Assembly: GCA_001643675.2 (NCBI GenBank)
Contig: LSRY02000076.1
Span: 1-64,000, forward strand
DNA: 64,000 nucleotides
Direction of reading: 5' to 3'
Source: Monocercomonoides exilis PA203
Taxonomy: Eukaryota; Protista; Preaxostyla
Below the pieces are notes generated by a model that searched no databases, was not told the origin of the DNA, and saw nothing but the letters and a program-made list of their open reading frames with translations. Shown piece after piece: positions 1-11,099 of this stretch. A program made the position numbers and the translations under genes. Each line of letters starts with the position of its first letter. Position 1 is the first letter of the stretch.

Positions 1-540
1 AAAAATTACTCAATTGCAACCAGTGCAACAAAATGACAACATTTTCAATCATCATGTTAATTTATTTCTTTTCCATCATCGCACATAACCTCTTCACTCA
101 AACGAAAAAAATGTATTATATGTTCAGTATTTAATTATTAAAGATATTTTCATAAATATTTTATGTTATATTTAAATGATTGAACAATTTTACACATGAA
201 ATACAACAGACATTTTTTTCATAACTTTAAAAACCAAATTCAATGCATTTGTTATTCATAAATAAAACGACAACCTGCAGACGCTAGCATTTTTATGTTG
301 TTTTGGTTTTTTATCAATTCGTTTCCAGCTGTTATATTAATTCGTTTGATAAAGATAAAAAAACCTTTTTCTCAAATAAATTTTCTCTCAAATAATTAAT
401 TTATTACCAAACAGAATTTTTGAGAATAAAATTAACATCAACATATGCTAATAATATTTTCCATGAGCAATTAATTAACATTATAAATTGAATATTAATA
501 TAGAATAAAATTTAATATTTTCTTAATTTCAAATATGTCG

Positions 541-937
541 AAAGATCATGGCGTTGTGGGCATTTCATTTTTTTTGCTCGAAACAACATAAAATGATATT
601 TAACAACTATCTGGTGTTGAAAAGTCCTCCTCCACTTTTGCCCAAAACGCACAAATAATTTGGTTAACTTATGATCAAGAATTTAGAATGTTTATAAATA
701 TATTAATAAGATCATGGCATTTTGGACATTTCATTTTTTTGCTCGAAACAACATAAAATGATATTTTCAGCTTGTTAAGTACAGAAAAAGTGACTTTCAA
801 TGTTGACCAAAATGCACAAATAATTTGGTTTTATTATGATCATTAATTTTGGGAATGTGATATTTGTTTGAATATTATTCATTTAATTTGTGAATATTAT
901 TGCTTTAATAATGCTTACAAGTCATCAGAAAATAGTT
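541..937 (+). repeat. Left TIR, containing two ~166-bp subrepeats
   Basis: Begins AAAGATCATGGCGTTGTGGGC. A second AAGATCATGGC...GCTCGAAACAACATAAAATGATATTT unit starts at 708. Confidence 0.95.
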
Positions 938-1133
938 TTGTAATTTTTATCGTTCAATATGAGGTTAAAAAAAATTCTGAAACATATATTTCTTATTTGA
1001 GCAAAAATATTGATATTTGGTTTTGTTTATCGAAATTTTTATATTGAAAGTGCAATTAAAACAATAATTGTTGAGCTGTTAAACTTTTATTAATTGATAA
1101 TAATTCCATAATAAATTGCAAAAAATCACAAAT

Positions 1134-2262
1134 ATGTCCTTTTCTAAACAAGAGTCAACTCTAAATTCACGATGCAACGTTCTGTGGAAAGAAATACAAC
1201 GCATCGGTGGAAATGACGTTGATTCATTGCTCGTCTATTTGTTTTACAACTACAGAAAATCATCTGCAGTTATAAATGATTTACTGAAATCCTTGAATGG
1301 TTTCAACTTCAAAATTTTTTGATTGATAATAACTTATATTTTTCTCTTGAAATATTAATTTTTAATTAATATTTGTTATTTTGTTATTAAAAAAACTCAG
1401 AATACTACGAAATACTTCTTAAAGATCTCTCAGTTGTGTACAAGCACGCACAGTTGCACACGCAAACGATGATCCTTCAAGCACTTACGCGCAACGCATC
1501 ATTATCTGAACTTCTGGACTATGGATTTGACATCACTGAAGGAAAGTTTAATTATGCAAAACAAACTCTCACAAAAAACCAAGGATTTTTAATACCGGCA
1601 CAATTGCCTCACACACCATCGTGTAAAAGTGGTTTGTATTGTATTTTTCTATAATTTCATTTTTTACTGTCTTTTTGTTTATTCATTTATTTAACTTTTT
1701 TGAGGTCTTAATGAACAAGATTGGGAAAAGGGCAACAATTGGATGTTGGCCCATTCCACAGAGGCATCAACTTCACTGCAATCAGCCAAGAAAAAACCAA
1801 AAAAAAGTTCCTGATTACGCACAGTTCATTGAGGAATCTGCATGGGATAATATTATCATTACAGAAAAAATAATTCTCACAATATACAATCTTTTCCATC
1901 AGAAAAATTATGCCAACAAAATAAAAAATCAAATATTATATCAGAAAAAAAATCTTCTCCATCTCATGCAGTTAACGATCCTATTAACACTCCACTTCGA
2001 GCTGAAAGATGGACTACAAAAATCAAACAAAATAATACACTTCATTACCATCGAACTTCTTCATCACCAATACAATTTCATAAACTAGTTAAACAAAAAT
2101 CTCCCATTTCATCATCATCTTCTTCCTCTCCTTCTTCTTCTTCTTCTTCTTCTTCCTCCTCCTCCTCATCTTCATTTTCATCATCATCCTCGTCATCATC
2201 ATCTCCTTCTCCCTCTCCCTCTCCCTCTCCCTCTCCCTCTCCTTCTCCTTCTCCCTCTCCCT

Positions 2263-2293
<31 letters not shown>

Positions 2294-5223
2294 CCTCTTC
2301 TTTTCCTTCTCCTTCTCCTTCTTCCTCTTCCTCTTCATCATCATCTTCATCTTCATCTTCTTCCTCATCCTCCTCATCATCATCACCATCATCATCATTT
2401 TCATCCTCATCTTCACCATTATTATCATCGTCATCTTCATCCTTTTCTTCTTCTTCCTCATCTTCCTCATCTTCATTCCTTTCCTCAGCCTCAATAACTT
2501 CTCGGACTTCAGCCTCATCCTCAATCAGAAAGAAAAAGAAAAAAACAATGAATACTTCTCCAGTTGACAAAGCAGCTTCATCTTTTTACAATGAAAATAT
2601 GTGGGTTAGCGGCCAACTTATGGGGTATGTCACCTCACCCACTCTTATTCCTCCTCATGCGTTCCAAAATCTAGTCTCATCTTTCACAAAAGAGAGCAAC
2701 ATTTCAACACAACAACAAAAGTCACAGTTTATTACAAGAGATAATTCAACAAATTTTGATCCGTTTATTTCTTCTTCATCCAAATCAACGGCTAATGTTT
2801 TAAAATTCACACCAAATACTCCATTAAAAACAGTAAAAGGGTTGGCAAATCTTGGAAACACATGTTACTTGGCATCTCTTCTTCAGTATTTTTCTTCTAT
2901 CACTTCACAAAAACCAACGATCTTCACAAAAACGCATTCAAATAAGACATTATCTTCTCGAATGATGAGTATTTGCAATCAAATCCTCAAAGATGGAACA
3001 AAAGTGCATTCATGGATCCCATCAGTTGTTAGCAAATGGGAAGACTTTTGCGGATATGGAAGCAAACAGCAGCAGAATGTTTCAGAAGCTTTCGAAAATC
3101 TTCATAAATTGTTTGAAAAAGACGGATTATTAAAACAAGATAGTTTCAATCCAGTTATAATTTCACATATGAAATGCGTGAAATGTCAAAAACTCACATC
3201 ACATATCGACAACATCAACAATAGCATAATCATCAATTCTTCATCTACTCACAATGGTTTATCTTCTTTGTTTTCAACTGAAATACTGGATGGAAAAAAT
3301 AGTGTATATTGTTAAGAGTGCAAAGAAAAATGCTGTACTGCTTGTTGGGAGGAAATGATTTCATTTCCAGAAGTACTAGCCCTCTCCCATGAATGTGCTG
3401 ATTCTGCTAGTTCTCCACCTTCTCGAACACTTCTTATCGAGACTGATATGTCGAATAAACGTTCATTTTGCAAAGGATTTGCAAATGAAAATAAAACTTC
3501 ATTTCACAACAAAAATAAAGAAACAACATTCTATCACTTAATTGGACAAATCCTTCATAAACAGTTTGATAATAGCAACGGTCATTACATAGCCGTTGTG
3601 GAAAGAAATAAAGGAATGAAAAAGATGTGGATCACCTGCAACGATGATGATATTGAGGCATTTGACAGTGATAAATGGTCAAATTCATGGAAAGATCTCT
3701 TTTCTCAGGGCTATATTCCTTCTTTATCATTCTACGTGAAAGAGAAATCACAATCAACTCAACCAAGTGTCCAATTTTGTGGTTCCTCTTCTTCATCTTC
3801 CTTTTCACAATCCAAAAATATCAACAATTCGTCCACAGAAACAACTCCCCCGTCATCGTTCATCACACCACCTCATCGAACAACTTCCATTCCTCCACTC
3901 TCTTCGTCTATTTCAACAAGTTATGGATTAGAAGCACTTAAAGAAAAAAGAAAGAAAACGGGCATCTTTTCTCCCAATGAAAAGAGATTAATCTTCAAGC
4001 CAAAGACGAAATTATGGAAAGAGTTTTCAGAAGAAACAAACATCAAAGTTTCTCTGTCACATTTCTTCAAACTCACCACCAATTTCTCCAAAGCGAAAAG
4101 ACGAACGGATCTCTGCGGCATGTGTGAGAAGTTGAACTATCTGGAAAACAAATTGAAGTCATCGCAAAACAAAAATGGACTTTCTTCTGCTGAGTTTCAT
4201 ACACTCAAACTTCTTCGTCAACATCGACTTGTTGCTGAAATGCAACGAAAACATTATCAATCAACTGTTGATAATCTGAAAGAGGGAGAAACAGTCTTCG
4301 TCTTTGACTTCAAAGAAAAATGGAAACTCCCTATCAGAAAAAATCAACTTCAACAAGAATTCTTTAATTACCAACAAGTATCTCAATTCACAATCATCTC
4401 TCTTCAAAAAATTAATAATCAACAAATAAAAAGAACTTTCAACTTCTTCTCCGACTGCCTCTCAAATGATCACAGATTTGTTATTGAGTGTCTGGAATCT
4501 GTGATCAAAAGACACTTCTTCTCAGACACTCACACTTTTAAGTTCTTCTGCGATTCGGGTCCACACAACCGAAATCGCTTCCTCCTTCACTTCATTCTCT
4601 CCAAACAATCCAAACTTCTCAAAAAGAAAAATACACAACTCAACTTCTTCGCTGAGCACCACGGAAAGAATATTTGTGATAGTGAATTTGGTGCATTAGT
4701 TAATTCTATCGACAACAATCTTTCGACAGAACACATCACCACACTTCATGACTTGATCGACTTCTTCGAAAACAATATGAACACTTCGACATCTGTTTCA
4801 TCATCATCACAATTTAATGTTTTTGAATCATCCTCATCAAGCAACTCCCCATCGTCATCATCTATCAAGGAGTGTGTGCATGAGAGGTACTTTGAAGAGT
4901 ATGTACCATCTCAGCAAATTTCATGGCCTTCACTGTCAGTCCCTCACATGAAGGACTACTTATTCTTTGAGCGCAAGGGCTCATTTGTCTGCGCATCTGC
5001 TGTTGGATATCTTCTTCAACGCTCTCTTGTTGCAATCGAATCTTCAACAATGAAAGAAAAAGTTCAACGTTCAAGAAAGTCATTTCACTCTGATATCACA
5101 TCATCTAACTCTTCTCTTCTTTCTCAATCTTCTCAAGATCTTCTTTCAAGGAGATTTGAGCTTCTTCTCGACTCTTCTTCTTTTGATGAATTTCAAAATT
5201 GTATTAATGGAGTCCCCTATTAA
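1134..5223 (+). pseudogene. Transposase-USP deubiquitinase fusion gene, interrupted in this copy or assembly
   Basis: ATG at 1134. GT-AG introns 1300-1400 and 1632-1704 join in frame (..KSLNEYYEILLK..ILQALTR..SCKSGLNEQDWEKGNNWMLAHSTEAS). Frame slips occur at A-runs ~1800-1870 and at (CT)n ~2270-2292. USP Cys box GLANLGNTCY (Cys 2863), QQQNVSEAF, His box GHYIA (His 3583), WITCNDD. A single TAA at 3313-3315 separates the in-frame ORFs 2548-3315 and 3355-5223. Candidate catalytic Asp codons are at 4306, 4552 and 4678. Confidence 0.85.
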
Positions 5224-5227
5224 GAAA

Positions 5228-5373
5228 CTAGTTGTTGTGCATGCTTAGCTGGCACTCTATCGGAAGGGTGCTGGACATGACTGTTCGTATTAGATATTGC
5301 AGCCTTCGGGCTGCTTTATCCGGACCTGGATACGACGAACAGCCTCCCAGGTGCACAATAGTTAGAATCCGAT
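5228..5373 (+). ncRNA. Candidate structured RNA element immediately 3' of the transposase stop
   Basis: Stems: 5228-5241/5352-5365 (14 bp, 3 GU); 5249-5258/5265-5274; 5281-5288/5335-5342 (8 bp, perfect); GCAGCC-UUCG-GGCUGC at 5299-5314; 5317-5322/5327-5332. Loop AUCGGA (5259-5264) is complementary to UCCGAU (5368-5373). Confidence 0.6.
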
Positions 5374-5419
5374 TGTTTTCTTGTGCTTTTTGTTCCTATG
5401 ATGTCCCTATTTTCACTTG

Positions 5420-6350
5420 GTAATAGTCCCGAAATTAATTTATATATGTCTAAATAGAGATTCATTTTTTGATGGGTGTTGTGAAGAGTTTCAATGATTT
5501 TTGGATCAGATTTTAGGAAAGGAGAATAGCTGAGAGTGTGAAGTGATGTTTAATTACTGTGTCTGCCTTTTTTCTCTGTTGAATTTGATCTTTTTGAGTT
5601 TGGACAAGAGAAATATCAGAAAGTGTAGAGTGAGAAAAAAACAAAAGATAAACATTCAAGTTTGTTTTTGGACTTAAAGTATTTGTAATCTTTTTCGTTT
5701 GGAATTGACTATGACACCATGTATTTGTTGTAATAGTTATGCTTTTTATTGAATCTTTTATTGTTCATGCAAATTGGTATGGAATTGACAATTGGGGAAT
5801 GTTTTAATGATGATGTGGGAAAAATAATTTTTTTTAGAAAGTGATGCAACAAGAAAAGAAACTTATTTGTTGTTTTCTATTTTCAAGATGATTAATACAA
5901 TGAAGTGTTAATGTTATTTATGTGTTATTTTGTTTTATGATTGTTATCAAATTAGCAATGTATTTATTTTTCTGTTTTTCTCATCACTGAATATTCATCA
6001 ACCTTTTTTGCTACTCAACAATGAAGATATTGATATCAAAACAGTTATATATTGAATAAAAGAATAATAATAAGCATTTTCATTCCAAAAACAAAACATT
6101 TTTTGAGAGACAAAAAATTCAATGATATTTTTCTGATATGAAGTGTTTATTCAATGAAATATGATAAAACTATTTTTCACTTAATTCAAAACAAATAAAA
6201 TTTAACAACTATTTTCTGATGACTTGTAAGCATTATTAAAGCAATAATATTCACAAATTAAATGAATAATATTCAAACAAATATCACATTCCCAAAATTA
6301 ATGATCATAATAAAACCAAATTATTTGTGCATTTTGGTCAACATTGAAAG
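5420..6350 (-). pseudogene. Degenerate antisense copy of the transposase catalytic domain
   Basis: Minus-strand S*SIPNEKDYKYFKSKNKLECLSFV aligns without gaps to SLSVPHMKDYLFFERKGSFVCASAV. EFFVSQKMFCFWNENA aligns to HFFSDTHTFKFFCDSG. Blocks are colinear; stops and frameshifts are present. Confidence 0.6.
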
Positions 6351-6603
6351 TCACTTTTTCTGTACTTAACAAGCTGAAAATATCATTTTATGTTGTTTCG
6401 AGCAAAAAAATGAAATGTCCAAAATGCCATGATCTTATTAATATATTTATAAACATTCTAAATTCTTGATCATAAGTTAACCAAATTATTTGTGCGTTTT
6501 GGGCAAAAGTGGAGGAGGACTTTTCAACACCAGATAGTTGTTAAATATCATTTTATGTTGTTTCGAGCAAAAAAAATGAAATGCCCACAACGCCATGATC
6601 TTT
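6207..6603 (-). repeat. Right TIR
   Basis: Reverse complement of 541-937, ending GCCCACAACGCCATGATCTTT. Confidence 0.95.
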
Positions 6604-9600
6604 TCAATTTATAAAATATTTTTAAGTGAAATGAAGAAAAATTATCAATTTGAAGATATTGCATGCAATTGATGAATATTTGATTTGACCGTTTAAAAAA
6701 TATATTGTTAGCTTGCAAAATATATAAGACGTGTGCTTTTTTTCGTGTGTTCACTCCAATTATTTCTTCATTTGAACAATTCATTTTCTGATTATCTCAA
6801 TTTCTTATTTTATTTGTTTTTTATGAAAACAGTTCATCATTTATCTTTTTTTTTTTTTGAAAAAAGGTGCGCATTATTTCAATGAGTTTAATGGAACACC
6901 TTTCTGAAAAAACTGCTTTTTCTTTTTGTGTTGTTTGTTGTTCAAAGGGCTTTTCACTCTCTTTGATTATCATCATCAACAACAACAACCAACCCCAAAT
7001 TATCAACAAGGGAATCGCTTCAAAAACTTCTGTAAATGCTTCTCCATCCAATCATCATTCATCAGGCTCGAAGGAGTTGGCTGATTCAAAAATTCACTGA
7101 ACCGAAAACAATGCTAAGTTTCACGGTTTATGTGAAACACAAGACATCCACAAGATCATAAAGAAGTTTCTCGAGATCACATACGAAAATGAGAAGATCA
7201 AACAAGCGTGATCATGCAAATTCAAGTGAAGATCGCCAGAACACCAAAATCTACTGGATCTGATAGAATTCAAAGAGCAGTGAAATAATATTGTTCTTCA
7301 TCTGTTTCATTGTCTTTTTCCTCCACCTCCTCTTATTCTTTTTCGTTATCGTTTTTGTCATCTTTGATATTTTTCTCTTCATCAAAGTGGGATTAGATGT
7401 GAAAGCCGCCTCCACTGTTGGAAAAAGACATGTATTACAAGCACAACTCCATCGCAACTTTCTTTTTTCAATTTTTTTTTCCAACATTTTTTAAGGGAGC
7501 ATACTCAAAAACCGCAGAGGCTATAGGCATATCTGCGTACGACAGGAGGCTCAATCCAAAGAGAAAAGCGTCAAAGGAATTTTACTGGAAGGGCAGCTGC
7601 TGGAGACTGTGTGCTTCTTGCAGAGCGAAATAAAGCGCGTTGATTTTTCTCAGTTGGTAAAGGGGAAAGCAGAATTCGAAAGACAAACTTCATATTTTGC
7701 ACTCAAATCAAGTTTGTGTTCATACGCGATTTCTGATCGGGTCTACAATTTCTACGATCACGAAAGAGTGTTTATGAGCCCATATGACGAAATGACTGCG
7801 ATACAACGTTCTGTTTCAAATGAGCCTTGCCTGACTGACACGGAACCCTCTGTCATTTCTTCAGAGCCCCAAAAAAGAATTAGTATAAGTTGTAGATTCG
7901 AAAAGAGAAGCGTTGAGACAACAATCCACAAGCTCATTGCAGAATCTTCCAATCTGCAAGACGTTGAGTTGACTGTGCCGTTTGCATGGCATGAAAGCCC
8001 TGAGCCGCTCGATGAGTTACTCGCTCAAACATCGAAAGAGAATGCAACAGCATAAAATGCGTTGCCTTTTGCATCATTATTATCAACAGCATCTACTGTT
8101 TCCTTGGAGACCGGTTCTGCATCCTCCTCCTGCCTCTATTCCTCCTCACTGTAGCAGCAGCTTGTCTCCTCTCTCTGTCTTCTTTATGATGATGATCACG
8201 CTTCTCAACTTCTCTTCAAAGCAACACTAGCTGGAAGCCTGGGGTGCACTCAAAAATTGTCTGCTACACGCGCTGAAAAAAAACGAGCAATGTTCGACTG
8301 CTTTTGTCTTAAGCGAATATCCTTTATCTTCTTTTTGTTCATTCGTCTGGGCAGTTTTCATAGAAGGAAAAGATATGGCCGGACCTTCTGAGATATGCGT
8401 GAAGCTCTGAGTTCTCACTGAGATGTGCGTGAAACAGCTTGAGCGCATCCAGTTCCCCAACAACGAGCACGAATTTGAAGGCTGGCTGAACGTTGTGACT
8501 GTTTGGTGTTATTCGTCATCTTCTTCTTCCTCTTCTTCTGCATCTTTTTCCTGAAACATCTTGCATAATCAACGGCGGTTGTGTGAGGATCGTTCATTTC
8601 CCTTGAGTAATCTTCTGCGTTTCTTTTTCATGCTGTTCAAGTTATTCTGACTACTGCTGCTGGATCTTATTTAAATAGGCGAAATGAGAATAATTCAGTT
8701 AACGACAGCTGCTGTGGTTCTGTGCGAAACGGCAATGTGAGAGATAATGCAAACGTGTGAAATGATTTGGTCGTTGTAAGGCGATTCAGAAGGACGGAAA
8801 AGAGTGGAAGAAAACAATCTGTTAATCACAAAGGATTCACAATTGGAGATGGAGTACGATTGTTGATGTGGGTTGGAGGTTAAGGAGAAGAATGAAATGG
8901 AAAAAGATGCGGAAAATGTGAAGAGTGAGAAAGAGACTTTTGAAGGAGGAATGGATGAAGTCAATAGCAGAATGAATACAGAAAAAGAGGAGGCTGAAGT
9001 TAACGTTGTTGATGGTTTTGATTGTGACAAAAGAATAAAGAATGGCGAGCTTGAGAATGAGAGAGAAGGAGAGATGAATGTTGAAAGCGGAAAAGTTGAA
9101 AAGAAAGGAAAAGAAGTGAAAGAAAGATACAAAAATTTTTTTCGTCAAAAGGATAGATGAAATGAATAAAAGAAGAAGAGAAAGAAGAAGAAGAAGAAGA
9201 AAGCACAAACCCACTGTAATAAGCCACAAAGATCTGATGCAGATTCTCAGTGCGTTGATTAAAAATCACCTGGATGTGACAACTCAGTCGCTGAACAATA
9301 AGAAAAAGCCATATTTTTCAGCTTTTTTGTGCAATTTCAGCAAGAATTAATAAACCAAGCACATCTCAAGTGAAAGAAGGTTGTTTTTATGGTTTGGTGA
9401 AGCTGTTAGATGAAAATTTATCCAAAATTGTGAACGCAGTCACGGAAGAAAAAGAAGAGCAGGAAGAGGAAGTTGGAAATGGTAATAAAAATTAGATGAA
9501 AGACGTCAAAGGTGTGGAAGAGAATGGAAGTTGTCTGATGTGCAGCGCAAGAATCGCTGGTTTTATAATTGTTTATGTTTTAGATGGGAAAGAATTTGGT

Positions 9601-11099
9601 TCGACCTTCTCTTTTTCTTTGCGACAATATTAGAGTTCCTCATCATAATCTTCTTCTTCTTCTTCCTCTTCTTCTTCTTCTCTTCCTCCTTTTTCTTCCT
9701 CCACTCCAGACATTATTTCTCCTTCTTTTTCTCCTTTCGTTTCTACCCCTTCTCCTACCCCTCTTCTTCTCTCGAATTCTTCTGTTTCATCTTCTTCCTC
9801 TTCCTCTTCCTCTTCCTCTCCCTCTTCCTCTTCCTCTTCTTCTTCTTCTTCATCTTATTTTCCCCCAACCCCACTTACGATAAGCCATCAACTCCACCTC
9901 CCAGTGTCTGTCGTGCTTTGAACATTTCAACGGTTGCCACTTCTTTTCTGGACACGCACCATCGCACAGCGTTGGCTGAATTGTGTTATCACTTTGGCTT
10001 CTGCTGCTCTGCTCCGTAGGATGCAGACGATGCAAAGGATACATTAAGAGAAATGAAGATCTCATCTAAACATCTGCCACATGAGAAGAAATTGTAAACT
10101 TCTTCTGATTCTGTGTCTTTCTTGGAATTTGCTCAAGGATTTCGGCAACCCTCGGTTCCTTCTTTCTCTCATTCCTCGTCCTCTTCCCGCTTTGAAATCG
10201 TTGTTTTCTGCTTTATTGTGTTCCATTCATCATCAGCTTCTTCTCCACCATCGCCTCCTTTTTTTTTTTATTCTTATCATCATCATCACCACCATCAATA
10301 CATTCTGTGGCTTTGCTGAATGTGCATTTGAACTGTTTTCTTATTCCCCAGAGGCGTATTCCGCTCTTCTTCAGCACTTCGTTCAACTTCCTTGCTCTGT
10401 CTGAGCTGAATGGGCTGAGTGAGAAGAATGGGCATCGAATGAGAAATGGCAGAGGAAGAGGGAAGGAGCTTCAAGGCACATTGCGTTCATCTGCTCGCTT
10501 TATGATACCGCCAAGAAGCGAAGAGAGAGAAGTTCAAGTTCAAATGGAAGAGGCAAAGAAAGCTGAATTCATAAGAAAAATGAGCGCAGAGCAGAGGAAA
10601 GGGAGACAGCAGGAAGAGCCAAAAGCGAAGAAGAAGACGAACGAGAAAGACGAGTTTTGCGCCCACAAATTGGCACTTTCGACACAAGACTTACACAGAC
10701 ATCAACAGAAAGGAGGAGGGACATGGGAAGAGAAGAAGGAGGTGATGAAAATGATGATGAACAGCAGCAAACGTTTTATTCGTTCGACGGCACACTCTCA
10801 TCTGCACAATGGCACCCTCAAAACATCACAGCTTCATCGACATTAGCTACTCCTTCTTTAATTGTTCCCACACACACACAATCAATTGTCTGCCACTTCT
10901 GTTCTTGTTGGAACTCCGGCGAAGCCACAAACTCTTTCATTTTCTGCAACAGACTCTTATTAGCTCTTGCTGAAGTCGCTCTAAGCACAGAACATTTCTT
11001 AAACTTCTTTTTCTCTTTTTGCTCAAATATTTACATTCTTGCGGCTTTTTTTAAGTGCTGTTCTTGGGAAGAAGATATTTTGCAATCTGAAAATGCTTG

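Larger units (their letters stand above)
541..6603 (+). mobile_element. Sola-like DNA transposon with ~397-bp TIRs, encoding a DDD transposase with an inserted USP domain
   Basis: 541-937 is the reverse complement of 6207-6603, with no mismatch found by eye. The internal gene has the motifs TDLCGMC, VFDFKE, FFCDSG and FFAEHHGKNICDSEFG. Confidence 0.9.

Noticed and set aside
2078-2570. Poly-Glu/Asp/Lys ORFs on the minus strand
   Set aside because: Antisense shadows of the Ser-rich linker.
3313-3315. TAA read as Gln under a reassigned genetic code, as in some oxymonads
   Set aside because: Tubulin, Rho and the 1372-aa gene end at TAA and have no internal TAA/TAG, so the code looks standard.
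5270-5345. SECIS, hammerhead or HDV identity for the structured RNA
   Set aside because: AUGA has no opposing GA and the internal stop is UAA; there is no CUGANGA/GAAA core; the spacing does not fit HDV.
7609-8055. 148-aa ORF as a real gene
   Set aside because: No recognisable motif, non-ATG start and decayed surroundings.
8388-8445. CTGAGATRTGCGTGAA direct repeat as a CRISPR-like array
   Set aside because: Only two units about 30 bp apart, in a eukaryotic context.
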